The notes beneath the pieces were generated by a model that worked only from the letters and a program-made list of their open reading frames with translations, was not told where the DNA came from and did no database searches. Source: the human T2T-CHM13v2.0 reference genome, Homo sapiens. From it: a DNA stretch of 64,000 nt. A program made the position numbers and the translations under genes. Of this stretch, positions 1-24,915 are shown piece by piece (the first letter of the stretch is position 1; each line of letters starts with the position of its first letter). The stretch lies in assembly GCF_009914755.1 (NCBI RefSeq), contig NC_060930.1. One strand, given 5' to 3'.

Positions 1-922
1 TTTAAGTTTACAGCGTTGTTCCCTTTGCGTTTGCAGTGCGTTTTACTCAAGTAGCCAGAAACACCCCACGTTTCTGAATTTGTTTAAACTGTAACAATAA
101 AGTAAAATAGAATGCATGAAAGATATTCTGGCGATTGTAACTTAGAATTTTTCTGACTTCTGGATTTGTTGGCACTAGAACCTGATATTTAAAGTCTTAC
201 TGAGCAGCTATCAAGTGGCAGTTACAGGCACAAATTGGTGGAGGCTGGAGGATGGGGAGGGGAGCAAAACCCTTTATATTTGTGAAGAAAATATCTGTAG
301 CTGATAGAAATAATTGCTTAAATTGGTTTATGAAATTAATGAGTCTGAAAAGGTTAAAAGCACTTATAAAAAGAACCAAGTCCTACATTTCCAGAACTTT
401 CTGGCAAAAATTTGCACTCATATTATTTATCCTATGAACATTCCCATTGTTTTTTTTTGCTATTTATATACAGATTATCATAAGAAAGCTCTCAGTTTGA
501 GGACCCAAAATAAAACCAAAGTCATGCCATGACCCATACTCATTTACAAAAACAAGAACACTTTCCTCTATCCCTAAAATTATGCTTTAGTACTTGAGGC
601 CTTTAAAAGTTAGTGCTTTTGATTGTGAAGACATTCAGCAACTTACTTTGTCATACATGCAGTTGCACCTTACCACTTCTAATAGTGTCATATTTCATAT
701 TCAGGGGACTTAGATAATTTGCCTGTGGATGGTTCTTTTGTAGGAAAAAAAATCTACATTTTGACCATACTACCCTTTCATGTCCTTATTATAAGCTTTT
801 AGAAAATGATTTCATTCAGTCATGTCCAGTTATATAAAACGTTACTTTCTCATTTTTGAGAAGTTCAACAAAACATACTACTAAGACCAATCATCAAACC
901 CACTATTATAAATGTTAATTTT

Positions 923-1368
<446 letters not shown>

Positions 1369-2372
1369 TGTTAAATTTTGTTTTAAGTTTTAGCACAGAC
1401 TCCCCTCAAAACACCTTCTCCCCAATTTTACAGAAAGTAATTCAAAAATGAAAACTTTACTCTGTAAAGACCTCTACAGTGTTTTTCTTTTCAAAATTTG
1501 GCTGATTTTAGGAAAAAAGTGATCATCTGAAACTAAAAGAAATTGCTTGGTTAGTTTCCATATTAAAACAGCAGTGACAAGTATATATAACTTAGATCTC
1601 AGCATATGTGTTTGTATATTAAACTTCACATATGTAGTTTTCAGTTTAATGGAATGAATCAAACTGGATCTATAACACTGAAAAAGTTCTATTGTAATAG
1701 ACTCATACGGAGAATACTCTGCTATAATAATATAAAATTAAGAAGAAAAAGTATAAACGTAAGATGCTAAATTCCATAAATGCATATTTAGTACTATGTT
1801 TTTTGTGGGAAAAGTTCTAAAAGTTTAAAATGCACAAAGAAAATGAAAAATACTAATATAAAAATTTGTGCTTTAATCTAGTCAAACTAAATCCTTTCTA
1901 ATTTCTGAATGAAGTGTTACTGCTGCAATAAAGTGACCTGATAAGCCTAAATTTTTTGTGTTCAATCCAGACACTTTTCTGAGAGTCTGAAAAGAATACA
2001 GAGTCAGAACTCTGTTTTTATCTCCTCATCCTGTTTTTGATAAGACTCAGAAAATTCTCAAATTCGAAAGGTTCTGGCATTTGAGGCCAAAAAAAGCATG
2101 AAAGGGAGTAACATTCCTTTTTATAGATACTCTAGATTGGATACTATTGTAACAGATGGCCAAGAAACTTCCAGAAACATTTTGGTTAAATTTTATTGCA
2201 ATGGATATTGCTGGGATCCATCCATTTAAGCAGTAATATACCACCCAGATTATTGATACTTTATGCAAGATGTGTTCATCTCTTTGATCATATTTACAAT
2301 GCTTACTCCATAGCCCTGCTACAAGACTTAAAATTTCCACTGAAAATTGCATAGTTCTTGTATTAAGATTCA

Positions 2373-2741
<369 letters not shown>

Positions 2742-3957
2742 TTAAGAATATTTTAATTTATACGAATGTTACTCGAAATTGGCCTATGTCCAGATGACTT
2801 TTGATGTTAAATCAATGGAAAACTGAATAGAAAATATGACACGAGATCGGGGAGGGGGAAGGCAACCTATAGCATGGGTGGCTCTGAGGAGTTCCTGCTG
2901 GTGCACTTTCATGCCCTTTCTTATGTACCTTTTGTCTTACTCTTCTTACATTATTCTTATCCTCATCATTTTTTCATTTCCCTTTACTTCCTCCTATCCT
3001 TCAAAAACCTCCTGAAGAGTCCATTAACATCCATGCTTAGTTCCACTGGTTGCATGGCTGTATTTCCTACTGATCCCTGTAGTTTCACTGAATGGATCCC
3101 CACCCAATTTCGTGTATCCTGGTGAATGGCTTTCTCTCAGCCTTCGACTTAGTTCTAATGATCTACATTGAATTTAAATTACATGACTGAAATATTTAAG
3201 GGAAGAAATAAATTTCATACAAATTAGTATCTTTTATGCTAACATTTAAAACTGTATTTAAATTTTTAAGGTAAATGCTTTGGGGAAAAAAAAAACCATT
3301 GCCAAGTCTTTAGCATATTTTCAGAGAGCGTAATTTTTTACTTTGATTTCCAGTTTCACTAAGGTTTCATTAAATCTTAGTTCCGAGAGCCCAGCATGAA
3401 GGGTGACTGGGAATGTAGTGTGCCTCTCTGATGCAGTTCCTAATGATTGTTCTTCAGGGACCTTCCTTAGGTTAGGTTACATTTTCTGGTGAATGGTGTT
3501 AGAGTAAATTCCCAGAGTTTAGAGATACAAGTAGAAATGCATAAGCTAATTAGCTCCAATTTTATAATATGTAAACAATTTAAACAAGTATTTAAAACTT
3601 TTTAGGAAGTCTCTAACACTGAAAAAAAGGTCATTGTTGCTGGTATAAACATTAAGGAGCAACTTTTACATTAGGTCAAAGATTGTTGCTTTTCCAGTGT
3701 GTTGTCTTAAAAATAGAAGGAAATAAAACTATTACCTTCTTTTTACATCTATATGTTTTTATAATTTGAAAGGCAAGTAGTATCTTGGTGAATAAGAAAT
3801 GCATCATCCATAACAATTTAATTAACTCTTAAAAAGACCAGCTTTTTGTCTTGTTATGAAAACAAAACGCAATTTGTCATTCATAATGGTAATGTGGAAT
3901 AAGAATACATCGTAGAAGGAAGACTTGCTACTTTACTGACTTAATCATTAGTTCTAA

Positions 3958-4249
3958 GGCCATGTGTGGAGGCTCACGCCTGTAATCCCAGCACTTTGGG
4001 AGTCCAAGGCGGTAGGATCACCAGAGCCCAGGGTTCAAGACTCAGCCTGGGCAACATAGTGAGATTTCGTCTCTACAAAAAAAATTTAGCCAGCTTGGTG
4101 GCACATGCCTGTAGTCCCAGCTACTCAGGAGGCTGAGGCAAGAGGATTGCTTGAGCATAGCAGGTCAAGTCTGCAGTGAGCTGTGGTTGCACCACTGCAC
4201 TCCAGCCTGGGTGACAAAATGAGACCTTGTCTACAAAAAGGAAAAAAAA
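3958..4249 (+). mobile_element. Alu (AluJ-like)
   Basis: Diverged dimeric Alu with A tail. Confidence 0.9.
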
Positions 4250-5647
4250 ATTTGTTCTGCTCTACTATACATGCTGACTTTTGTTGATAGCTTGGTCTAA
4301 AAAGACTGTCTAGAGCTGAATTTAAGAATGGTTCCGGAGCAAATAATAACAAGGTAGACAAGCAGGCCCTGGGCTCACTATAATTTCATAGCCACGACCT
4401 GTTTATTATTAGTTGGCAGAGATTAATGCTTTGTGTTATAAATATACTATAGAACAATAGGTCACGATTCTCAAGAACAAAGCCGAATGCTCGCAGTTAA
4501 GTGTGAAGCTTGCATAAGTGTCGGAACCACAATTATGGACCCACCATCAATGTGCATTTTATCAGATGACTCCTCCTGAGACAGTAAAGACTCCTGGAAA
4601 ATTCATGACATCTTTGAATCACTCAGAAAAATCTTGAAACTCAGGACGTAGTTTACTTAGCTTGCCTTTTTTAAAATTATCAAATTTTAAATCGTAAACT
4701 TTGTCTTCACTTCCACACGTTCAAGGACACCTCTTTTAAAGTTCAGTGTTCCATACTAAAGGGGTGTAATCTTGCTTTCTGGGGAAATAAAATTCCCCAT
4801 GGTACTATATTCCTGACAGATATAAAATAACATGAGGCTACCTCATTTTTGAAATAGATTTCAATATTTTTATTAGTAAGTTGGAAAGACAGTAGGAACA
4901 AAATGAAACCTTTCTAAGTACTTGATGACACCCACTTGATCATGACAATTCATCTACCTCCGCTTTCCGTGTCCAGCTGAAAGCCCAGCTGAGTCAACTC
5001 CTGCTTCATCAGAAGGGAGCTAATGGTGATTCTGGGATTAAAAAGCAAGGGGGGTGCAAATTGTTAGTGGGGTCAAAATATCAGTAAAATTTCTTAAGTG
5101 CTTTGTTCTGATAAACGGATGTAAAAGTAACAAAAAAGGAATAACAACTAATATGGCCTGTGGATCTGACAAAGAAAAACCTGAAGAAATTCAGAATCTA
5201 GATACACTTAGATTCTAAATTAGACACACTCAGATTCTAATGAACACTTAGAATGCTTCGCCAGTGGCTTTTCAAGTTACACTGGAAGCTTGATTATGAA
5301 AAAGTTTTGTTTTCATTGGCAAGAGGGTAGATGATCAGTGATGACAGATTGTACAGCTGTGCCCAAACCTGACAACTTACACATTAAACTCCTGTAAGAG
5401 ACACTCCTTCCTAGTAGAACAAGGACTGGGACAATGAATTTTTGACTCACTGGAGTTTTTTAAAATGCTGTTCTTGAGTGTGGCAATAGTGTAGGAGTTA
5501 ACCCAGTCTACCCAAAGAAGTTGCTTTGCCTTTCAATATGAGTGCTATAAAAAGAGTATTTTGGAGTTCAATGTCCCTAAACATGTATGCGATAGGAACT
5601 ACCAATATAAAATAACACTTAGAACTCAAATTAGATTGGTAATACTA

Positions 5648-6229
<582 letters not shown>

Positions 6230-6937
6230 TTATTAGATCAAGATTGGTGCTATACTTCATGTTCCTTTCAAAATTATTTTTCTTTTAAAAATATTAATAT
6301 ACAACACAATAGAAAATGTATACAGCCAGCAACGTTATGCATGTTGCATGTTATATACATGACTGAGGAAAAAAGCTCACCTATACAGTGATTATTGAGT
6401 TCCAGTATCTAGTTAGAGGTATGCAATTTTTGTTAACATATAAGACTTTAAATTACGAAACTCACAAGAAAATGATCACCAAATGAGAATGTTCTAATGA
6501 ACACAACCTCCCAAGGTAATAATTTTAAAGAAAAAGTCCCTTGTCAATGTTTCTAGCACAAAGTGAGGGATTTAAATATATTCTGTAACTTTGAGGCAAT
6601 GTGAAAAAGTTATATATAATAGCTTCCTATTGAGCTGGCTTATGTAGACATTTGGACATTTGAAACTATTTCGCAACTTTCAGGCTAAAATCAGAGTTTT
6701 GAGAGTCATCAATCTTAAAACATGGATAATGAGTTATTTGCACAGTTATATTTTTATAATTATTTGAAATTTATCACTGAAAGTATCATTGTTTGTCTTT
6801 CAGATTTAACATAAACAATAAGTACTGCGGCTGGGTCACTGTCAGCAAATCTCAGGTCTATGATTTATCAAGGGCTCTCAGCACCATCGTTGGTCTGATT
6901 GTGTAACACCTAAGTAAAATAACATATGGGTCTCCTT

Positions 6938-7020
6938 GGCCAGGCGCCGTGGCTCACACCTGTAATCCCAGCACTTTGGGAGGCCGAGGCAGGCGGATTG
7001 CTTGAGGCCAGGAGTTCGAG
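6938..7020 (+). mobile_element. 3'-truncated, tailless Alu fragment flanked by a 16-bp direct repeat
   Basis: First ~83 nt of Alu between acatatgggtctcctt (6922-6937) and acatacgggtctcttt (7021-7036). Confidence 0.85.
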
Positions 7021-7089
7021 ACATACGGGTCTCTTTAATGTTCTGTAGGTAGGATTCAGATGAATTGAGAATGACAGGTTTCTTTTTCT

Positions 7090-7392
7090 TTCTTTGTTTC
7101 TTTTTTTTTTTTTTTTTTTTTTTTTTTGAGATGGAGTCTTGCTCTATTGCCAGGCTCCATATAGTGGCGCGATCTCAGCTCACTGCAACCTCCGCCTCCC
7201 GGGCTCAAGTGATTCTCGTGCCTCAGTCTTCTGAGTAGCTGGGACTACAGGTGCCCACTACCACACTGGCTAATTTTTGTATTTTTGGTAGAGATGGAGT
7301 TTCACCATGTTGGCCAGACTGGCCTTAAGTGATCCACCTGCCTCAGCCTCCCCAAGTGCTGGAATTACAGGCATGAGCCACCATGCCCGGCT
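7090..7392 (-). mobile_element. Alu (antisense)
   Basis: Poly(T) then gagatggagtcttgctct...ccatgcccggc. Confidence 0.95.
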
Positions 7393-8398
7393 AGAGAATG
7401 ACAGGTTTCAGTTGAATTCTTCTCTTTTAAAAGACCCTGACTTAACTGTATTTTATGAGGATTTTATAAATGTAAATTAAGAAGACAATACACACTCTCA
7501 TTTTCCTAATTAGAAAGACTATGCATTCACAATCCAGTACACTGGATTTGCTCTGGTAACTAATGATAACACTTTTCTACGTTAACATGAGTTATATTTG
7601 GCAGAGAGAATGGAAGCTTGCTAATCAGAAGTTACATTAGGGTGAGATTAAACATCACTCTAATAATAACTTCTGATGTAACTTAATGTGGTTTGAGATG
7701 TGTAAGATTGTAGAGGCATTGCACAATGCTTGATAAAAGTTGCATTTTGCTTTTGTTCTTCCACCAGTTTATTTTAGCCTTAAAGTTATAGCTACAACAA
7801 ATTGAACCCTGTAGTTATTACTGAAAGAGAGTGTGGATATTTTAAGTATCTCCTAGTATAATATGACATTGTTCATGTGGACTTATTTTAATGTTTATTT
7901 GAAAATTAATTTTTTAATTATTTTGTATATTTTGAGTTAGAAAAACACACTTTATCTTAGACACCAAAGCCAAATTATTCCAAGTGTATGCTATACACCG
8001 CAGTGCAGCTCTGCTTCTCTCCCAACCTACCCTGGGGCCATTTTTGGCACAATAGTTGTTCAAATGTAGATCACTATGCTGAATGCTCATGCTGGATTTG
8101 ACCAGTATGCAGTATTTTAGTACTTTTTAAAAAATGTATGCTTCTTTTTGAAGACTATAATTTACAATTTTTTTAATAATGTGCAATTTAATATAGATAA
8201 CCAAAATCTTTTTAATGAAAAGATCTTTACAATTGCTTGGAGGATAAGATTATTTTACTGTGGAAAAATGTGATACTCTTAGTAAATGCAATAAAAACTT
8301 TTTAGCAAATTCCTATAAGGCTTTGTGGTTATGTTTGTGGAATTCTCTGGAGGGTGGGGGAGGGGAAATTATTGAAACGAAAGGAATAGTTTATGTTG

Positions 8399-8404
8399 AA
8401 TAAA
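8399..8404 (+). terminator. Candidate distal polyadenylation signal AATAAA
   Basis: gAATAAAagaaataagctgtgtgcttttt, with a second AATAAA at 8290-8295. Confidence 0.5.
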
Positions 8405-8974
8405 AGAAATAAGCTGTGTGCTTTTTACATTGCATATCTGTATTCTACATGCGTTTGGGTACTGTTATTTCCCCGGAGCAGGGAACAGGGATAGAAATGA
8501 TCCAAAAGCTTTAGATAGTCTAAAAACCACTTCTATTTGACGCTTACTTTTTTTGTACTTGACTTACATTGCCATTTTTCTTACATTGATTACACTTACT
8601 AAATTCAGATGATACTCAGTGAGCTTCTACTGACTGACAATTTTAGGGGATAGTCAAGAACCAGGCTGTAAAAAAAAAAAGCAGTCCCATTACTGTGGAT
8701 TGCTTGCTTGGATAAAAACTGACTCTGCCATCAGAAGATGTTTATGATTTGATGAGCCTTAACTACAAAGCAAATCATTATTTATGTTTAATAGTACTAA
8801 TGAGATTTAATACATTAAACTCAAGAACTTGGCATTTGTGATATGTCATTTAATCCAAAAAGTATTTACATGTCAGAATGTGTAGGCCATTAGAAGACCT
8901 TTGAGGGAACTGAGGAGAGAATAGATATGACCAATTGTTACTGATCTTAAGCAGGATAAAATTCATTCTCCTGA

Positions 8975-9288
<314 letters not shown>

Positions 9289-9841
9289 AGAAAATAATTT
9301 TTATAGAAAAAAATAGAAGAATTCTAATTCATACCGAAAACCTAATTTAAGAGACATACCAATTACCATAGTATCAGGCTTTTAGGACTGAAAGTTCTGA
9401 GTCTCCTATAGGTGAATCTAATACTTTTTAAATTCAGGAGTTCTTTTTATAAATCCTTAAATCAGAGTCACCAGTGTTTTCTTCCAGAGATAGGAAGCTT
9501 ACCACCCTGCATGGTGGTCCCCTCCACAGCTGGGCCCTCTGCTTCTCTTTCTTACCCCATACAGCTCTACCACCTTCTATTGTCTGTGTCACAGTCATCT
9601 GTGGACCCCCCAGTCATTCTCATATATCCATCTGTATGCCAGCAAATGGCTTTTGGTCCAAGGCTCAGTATTCATGTGGAGCAACTTTATTTCCACTAAT
9701 TTAACAGAGACACTTGGAGCCTTGTCATCTCTGGAAATGGCTTCATCTTTGAAATCTTAATACCAACACCCCTGCCTCTTATCAAAACTTCCCAGGTCTT
9801 TGCAGTTTTTACTTTGTTTCCTCCCTAATCCTTAACCCTAG

Positions 9842-11480
<1,639 letters not shown>

Positions 11481-11481
11481 A

Positions 11482-14596
<3,115 letters not shown>

Positions 14597-17068
14597 TAGA
14601 CTGCAAGTTCCACAAAGGTAGAGCTTTTTGTCTGTTTTATCTTTTCATCTCCAACATTCAGAAAAGTGCCTGGCACAGAATAAGTGCTCAATGATGATTT
14701 TTTGAATAAATGAATGGTGTCCAAACTTGTCAGGACGAACATGTTGACTTTATTTTAGTGCTTTTAAGGATTTCCTTTGAAAACTTAGCCAGTGCAACTC
14801 AGCCAGTGCAGCTGGAGTGAGTCCGTGGTATCAGTGTTGAAACCAGGGGGAGCTTGGCTGGCATGGCTGCTCCAGGGCCAAGGAGAAGGCCACACAATTG
14901 GGAGATTGAGTCTATTTACAGGGGCTTGAACAAATAAATACATATATTAAGGAAATGGGAGCTAGGTTTCTCACTACTGGAGTAGGGAGGTACATATGTG
15001 GAAGGTGTAAAGTGAATAAACACTATGGTGATGGATTGGAATTGGGAAATGTGGTGTGAGTGTGTGTGTGTGTGTAGTCATGCATGTGTTTCCTAACTCT
15101 GTCCACAGAGAGGGTCTAGAAGCAATGACACTACAGTAACAACTCTGAGTATACCTCCATATTAAACAGCAGAGACTCAGATGACAGATACTTCACTAAA
15201 GAGAAGCTCCTGTATAAATTTTAAACCTAAAATAGAATGCTAGCGTAACGGAACTGAAGGGACTCTCATGGAAAACCTACAGTGCCTTCTAATCTTACAG
15301 GAATGAAAAGCTCATCTTGAGACATTAAACAAGAAGAAAAATTACTCATACTTTATCATTACAGACTATATCCCTTTAGACTATATTTACGGATATTTAT
15401 GGAAATGATTTGTAGAAGTGCTACACATACTATTCTGCAATATGCTTTTTTCACTTAAGACTTGTAACATCTTTCTATGTCATATCCTTTATGACTTTTT
15501 TTTTTTGGTTAGTGACAAAAACCAAAATCAAATCAAACTGGTTTAAGAAAAAGAGTGAAAAGTCCAGGTGCTTTCTTTTTGGTAGGCATTGTTCAAGGGA
15601 CCTCTTTCCCACAACTCCAAGCTATCCTTTGTATCAACTCTAGCAGATGAAAAAGAACTTCCCTCTCCCAATCTTTTGCACAAAAAGTCCTGGGATCAAA
15701 ACGCACTGGTCTAACATAGGTCAGGTGCCCATCTTGGAACCCATCACTGAGCCAGGAGTCAGGAGATGCTGACTCAACAGACATGAATCATGCCGCCCTG
15801 AAGTGGGGTAATGGCTAACTCACTTCCTGAAATGAGATGAGGAAGGGTGGTGGTCCCCTCAAAGAAAACTAGGGTCCTGTTGCCTGGAAAAGTGAATGGA
15901 TTCTGTGCAGAAAAATAACAGAAGTTTACCACATGTGTCATTCAGTATAATTCTACATCATTATTTTGATGGTTTCCACAGTTATCCCATGAAATGGATG
16001 AATCTTTAATTTGTTGTAACTCTATCATTGGACATGTAGATTTGTTTCCTGTTTCACAGTGATAAACACCATTGCTATGAACACTCTAATAGCGAAATCT
16101 TTATACTCATCTTTATTTCCTTTAGGCAAAATTCCTAGTGGTAGAATTTCTGAGTAGAAGGGTTAGTATTTTTGCCTTTGCTGTGTTTTGTCAAGTTGCG
16201 TTACTATATGCTTTCTCTGAACCTTCATAATATTATATACTGTTATTTTTTTAATTACAGAGACTGAACAGTTTACAGATTTTAAAAAGCCTTCATTTAA
16301 AAATTGCATTTGGGTTTTTTTTTTGAATTGTGGTAAATATACATAAGATTTACCATTTTATATAACCTTTTTTTTGGGAGGGGGATGGGGTCTTACTATG
16401 CAGCCAGGCTGGTCTCAAATTCGTGGGCTCTAGCAATCTTCCCACTTCATCCTCCAGAGTAGCTGGAACTATAGCTATATGCCACTACACCAGCCTCACT
16501 TTAATCATTTTTAAGTGTACTATAGCATTATGTACGTTGCCATTGTTGTAACTATCACTACCATCTCCAGAACTTTTCATCTTCCCAAACTGAAACTCCA
16601 TACCCATTAAACACTAACTCCCCATTTCCCCCCGCCACTGCTCAGTTCTTGTCAATCACCATTCTACTTTCTGTCTCTACGAATCTGACTGCTCTAGAAC
16701 CTTATATCATGAAATCATACAGCATTTGTCTAAATTTGCATTTTTATTACTAATAAGTGTAATTTTTCTCATAAATCACTCAGCTATTTGCACTTCCTCT
16801 TTGGGGGTTTGTTCTTCTCCTTTGTTTATTTTTCTGTTCGGGAACTTTGTGAACTTTCTTCATATGCTGTATTAGCTGTGACTCTCATATGTATTGCTAA
16901 AAGTTTTCCCTATTTGTTATTTGTCTTTTTACACTGATTATGGTGTTTTTAATTTTTTTTAATTTAAATTTTTATTTTATTGGGCAGCCTCCTGAGCCAG
17001 AGTAGGCCCAGAGAGACTCCTGCAGTTATTTTTTTTTTTTTTAGTTAAAATTTTCATTTTATGGATTC

Positions 17069-18383
<1,315 letters not shown>

Positions 18384-18561
18384 CTGTCATTGTTGACGTG
18401 TTTAGAAAGGCCTTCCCCACTCTTCTATATAAATACATTCTTAAAACTCCTTCTGATATATTTATGGCTTCATTTTTACATTAAATCTCTAAGTTATTAT
18501 TGATTTTGATATATGGTATAAAGTTGAATTCTAACCATTTTTTAAAAAGTACAATTGGGCG

Positions 18562-21191
<2,630 letters not shown>

Positions 21192-22039
21192 GATTTTTCC
21201 AGTTTTCTTGATACTAGTTACTACTCACTGAATAATTCATCTTCTCCTCCTTCCCCCACTCCAACAGTATATAATAGTTTTCTTCTATTTACAATGACAG
21301 AATTAACATATTTTTTCCTCCATCTCCCCCTCTCTATCACCTGATTTTAGTAATATTATCTTTCTTCATGTTTACCTCTAATTATTTTACCTCTGTATTA
21401 TTCCATTTTATACTTATAACTCTACTATTCATTTAATTAGCTTTAAGTAATAACTTTTCACCTCTAGTTATTAAAGATGAGGAATCAGTATACTTTATTT
21501 CATATATATAATTTTTAATTGTTTAGAGATGGGGTCTTACTATTTTGCTCAGGCTAGTCTCAAATTCCTGAGCTCAAACAATCCTCCTGCCTCAGCCCCC
21601 CAAGTAGCTAGGATTACAGACACACACCATAGTATCCAGCAAACAAACAAAAAAATCAGTATATTTTCATCCTTTTCCATCCATTGCTTTCCACTTTTTA
21701 TTGCTCTATCATTTCTACATCATCAGGGCTAATAACATTTAAATTCCATCTTTCCACCGTAATCCTCATATTTGTCTTTGTCCTGTGATTTGCATCAAAG
21801 CTCACTGCCAATCCCGTCTGCAGTTGTTTCTCCACTCATCTCTTGTTCTACTGAACCTTCTAACATTTCTCAAATGGATTTATGAAAATAATATTCCAAG
21901 AGTTCTTTCATCTTCAAACTATTTATCTTTTGTCTTTACACCTGAAAATATTTGGCTCATGTTTTCTTTCCTATGGGATTTTGTAGCCATTTCTCAAAAA
22001 TCTTCCAGCATTGAAGTTTGCTATGGAAAAAGACAGAGG

Positions 22040-22620
22040 CTAGCCTTTGGATTACTTCCTTCACATCATGCCAAGGAAGCTCCAGCATTTCAACCTCATT
22101 AACTGTAGACCACCAGTGAGTCGAAATTTTTAGTCAACCAACCAAGTAAGCTTTTACAGCCATCTCCAGCTGCATGGACTGACACTTTGAACCTGCAGTC
22201 CCTAGTAAAGTGTATCCATAGCAGTGAATTCAGCTGGATCTAGTGTTCTATTCTGTTTTCCTTGGTTTAATACCTTTAGCATCCACTTCCACACATTCAC
22301 CAGGTTTCCATTCATATATATTAACAAAATATTGCAGTTATTTTGGTGTTATTTCCTCCTGGATCATAGTGTGTACCTGCCCACCTGGAGATGTCAAGAT
22401 TTGATCCTAGTTATGGGGCTAGTGGCAATAAAGGATGGTTATCATGGGTCTTGAAGAGAATGGGCATCCTCTTCCAAGGTGTCTGCCCCAAGTGACATTA
22501 TCACAAGGTTTTCAAACAAAGACTAGTCTCTTCAGATACTGGAGAGCAAACAACTTTCATTGGTGAGGCTCTACTGCCTAGCAATTGCCATTCTTCATCC
22601 TATGCGTACAAATCCAAAAG
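22040..22620 (-). mobile_element. Degenerate ERVL-class internal (gag) fragment
   Basis: Minus strand tgtgtggaagtggatgctaaaggta...gatccagctgaattc...ttggttggttgact...gaggttgaaatgctggagcttccttgg resembles recalled HERVL/ERVL gag. Confidence 0.6.
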
Positions 22621-22804
22621 AGCTTTGGTGCTTAAGAAGAAAAAAAAGTACCTCTGAATGTCTTATGATATATGAACTTTTATCAAGAAGTAACTTGGAA
22701 AAGAAGACTTTTATCTAGAATCCTCGTAGCATTTAGAGAGAATACCACTCTCTTCTGTTGCCCTGGCCATTTGAGCATTCTCAGCAAATAGTATTTTCTG
22801 AAAA

Positions 22805-22900
22805 GATGCTAAATGTATTAAACCTTTGAGTTTAATGATTTGAGTCTCAAATGATGCTAAAGGTATTAAACCTTTGATGCTAAAGGTATTAAACCTTTGA
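22805..22900 (+). repeat. Three copies of gatgctaaaggtattaaacc(tttga), the inverse of 22264-22283
   Basis: Copies at 22805-22824 (1 mismatch), 22853-22872 and 22876-22895. Confidence 0.9.
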
Positions 22901-22963
22901 GGCAGATGCTTTTTATCTTGTGATTCTCAATTGAAGGAGCAGTTAAAAAAAAAAAAAAGATGA

Positions 22964-23260
22964 AGCCGGATGTGGTGGCTCATACCTGTAATCCCAGCAC
23001 TTTGGGAGGCCAAGGCCAGTGGATCACGAGGTCAGCAGATCGAGACCATCCTAGCCAACATGGTGAAACCCCTTCTCTACAAAAAATAAAAAAATTAGCT
23101 GGGCGTGGTGGCGCGCACCTGCAGTCCCTGCTACTTGGAAGGCTGAGGCAGGAGAATCGCTTGAACCTAGGAGGTGGAGGTTTCAGGGAGCCAAGGTCGC
23201 ACCACTGCACTCCAGCCTGTTGACAGAGCGAGACTCTGTCTTCAATAAATAAATAAAAAA
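22964..23260 (+). mobile_element. Alu (AluS-like)
   Basis: Alu consensus with (AAAT)n tail. Confidence 0.9.
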
Positions 23261-24302
23261 CATGAAGTCCTGCAGGCTGCAGGGGGTGCTTTGAAAATGT
23301 GTGAGGGTGTCATAGTAACTCTGCTATTAGCATTTAGTGGGCAGAGGCTCAACATGCTAGAGCTCCACATGTGTGGGATAGTCCCACATACTGTCCAATT
23401 TTTGAATGTCCTGCCAAATATTCATATGAAGGAAAAATATTTCTTTTTGATTATCTGAGCCCAGACTCTCTCTTGTACATATAGGCACCAAGTATTTTTA
23501 GCATAGTTTCAATAAATGAGTTTTCCAAGAAAGTAAAATATCATGTAACACAAGGGAAGGTTGCGTTTTGTTTTAGGTTCTCCATTTTGGAAAATCATCA
23601 AGGGCAATAACGTCACTCGTGGTATTTGAGTAGTTGATACTCACCTACTACAACTCAGTCTGTATGTATAACGTTGCACTTACAGTGATTGTTCTCTACC
23701 TATATTAATATATTTATTCAGTCCTTATTTCACTAATTATGAAGAAAAGTATCAATATTCAGTTGGATATTTCAAATTAGGTCTTATATCTTTGTCCACA
23801 AATGAACAGTTACCAATATTTCCATTTTGTTAACATGTTTTTCTCTCAGGAAGCAATGAAACCATGAAGATTAAGTGACCACTTTACAAAGAAACAGAGC
23901 AATAAGTTGGCAGAGATACAGCATCCTGAGAACTTTGAAAGCTGTCTTACTATCATTGGAATGTTTAACAAATTTTTCCTAATCAGAAAGATGGTTTTAT
24001 TGTTTCTTTCAGAATAGCACAATGATTGAAAAATGTGGTAAGCCACACAATGTTAAGGCAAAATTGATTTTGCCGGCTGTGTAAGAGGTTATTAGTATGA
24101 AGATAAAAAGAAATCAAATTGAAATGATTTATCCTATGTCATTGAGCAATGTTACTGTTTCAATAATTGAGATGGCGAAAAAGATTTTGGAAAATTAGGC
24201 ATGTTATGACTTGCAGGCAAGTCAGTTTCATTACAAATGGATGAAAGCATTCTGCATGATAATTAAATTAATATTTATTACATGCATATGTAATATTCAT
24301 AA

Positions 24303-24915
<613 letters not shown>

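Noticed and set aside
5190-5255. Imperfect acacttagattctaa repeats
   Set aside because: Short and degenerate; consistent with local slippage, with no evidence of function
22805-22900. Repeat-spacer-repeat pattern superficially resembling a CRISPR array
   Set aside because: Eukaryotic context, only three copies with irregular or absent spacers, and no cas genes
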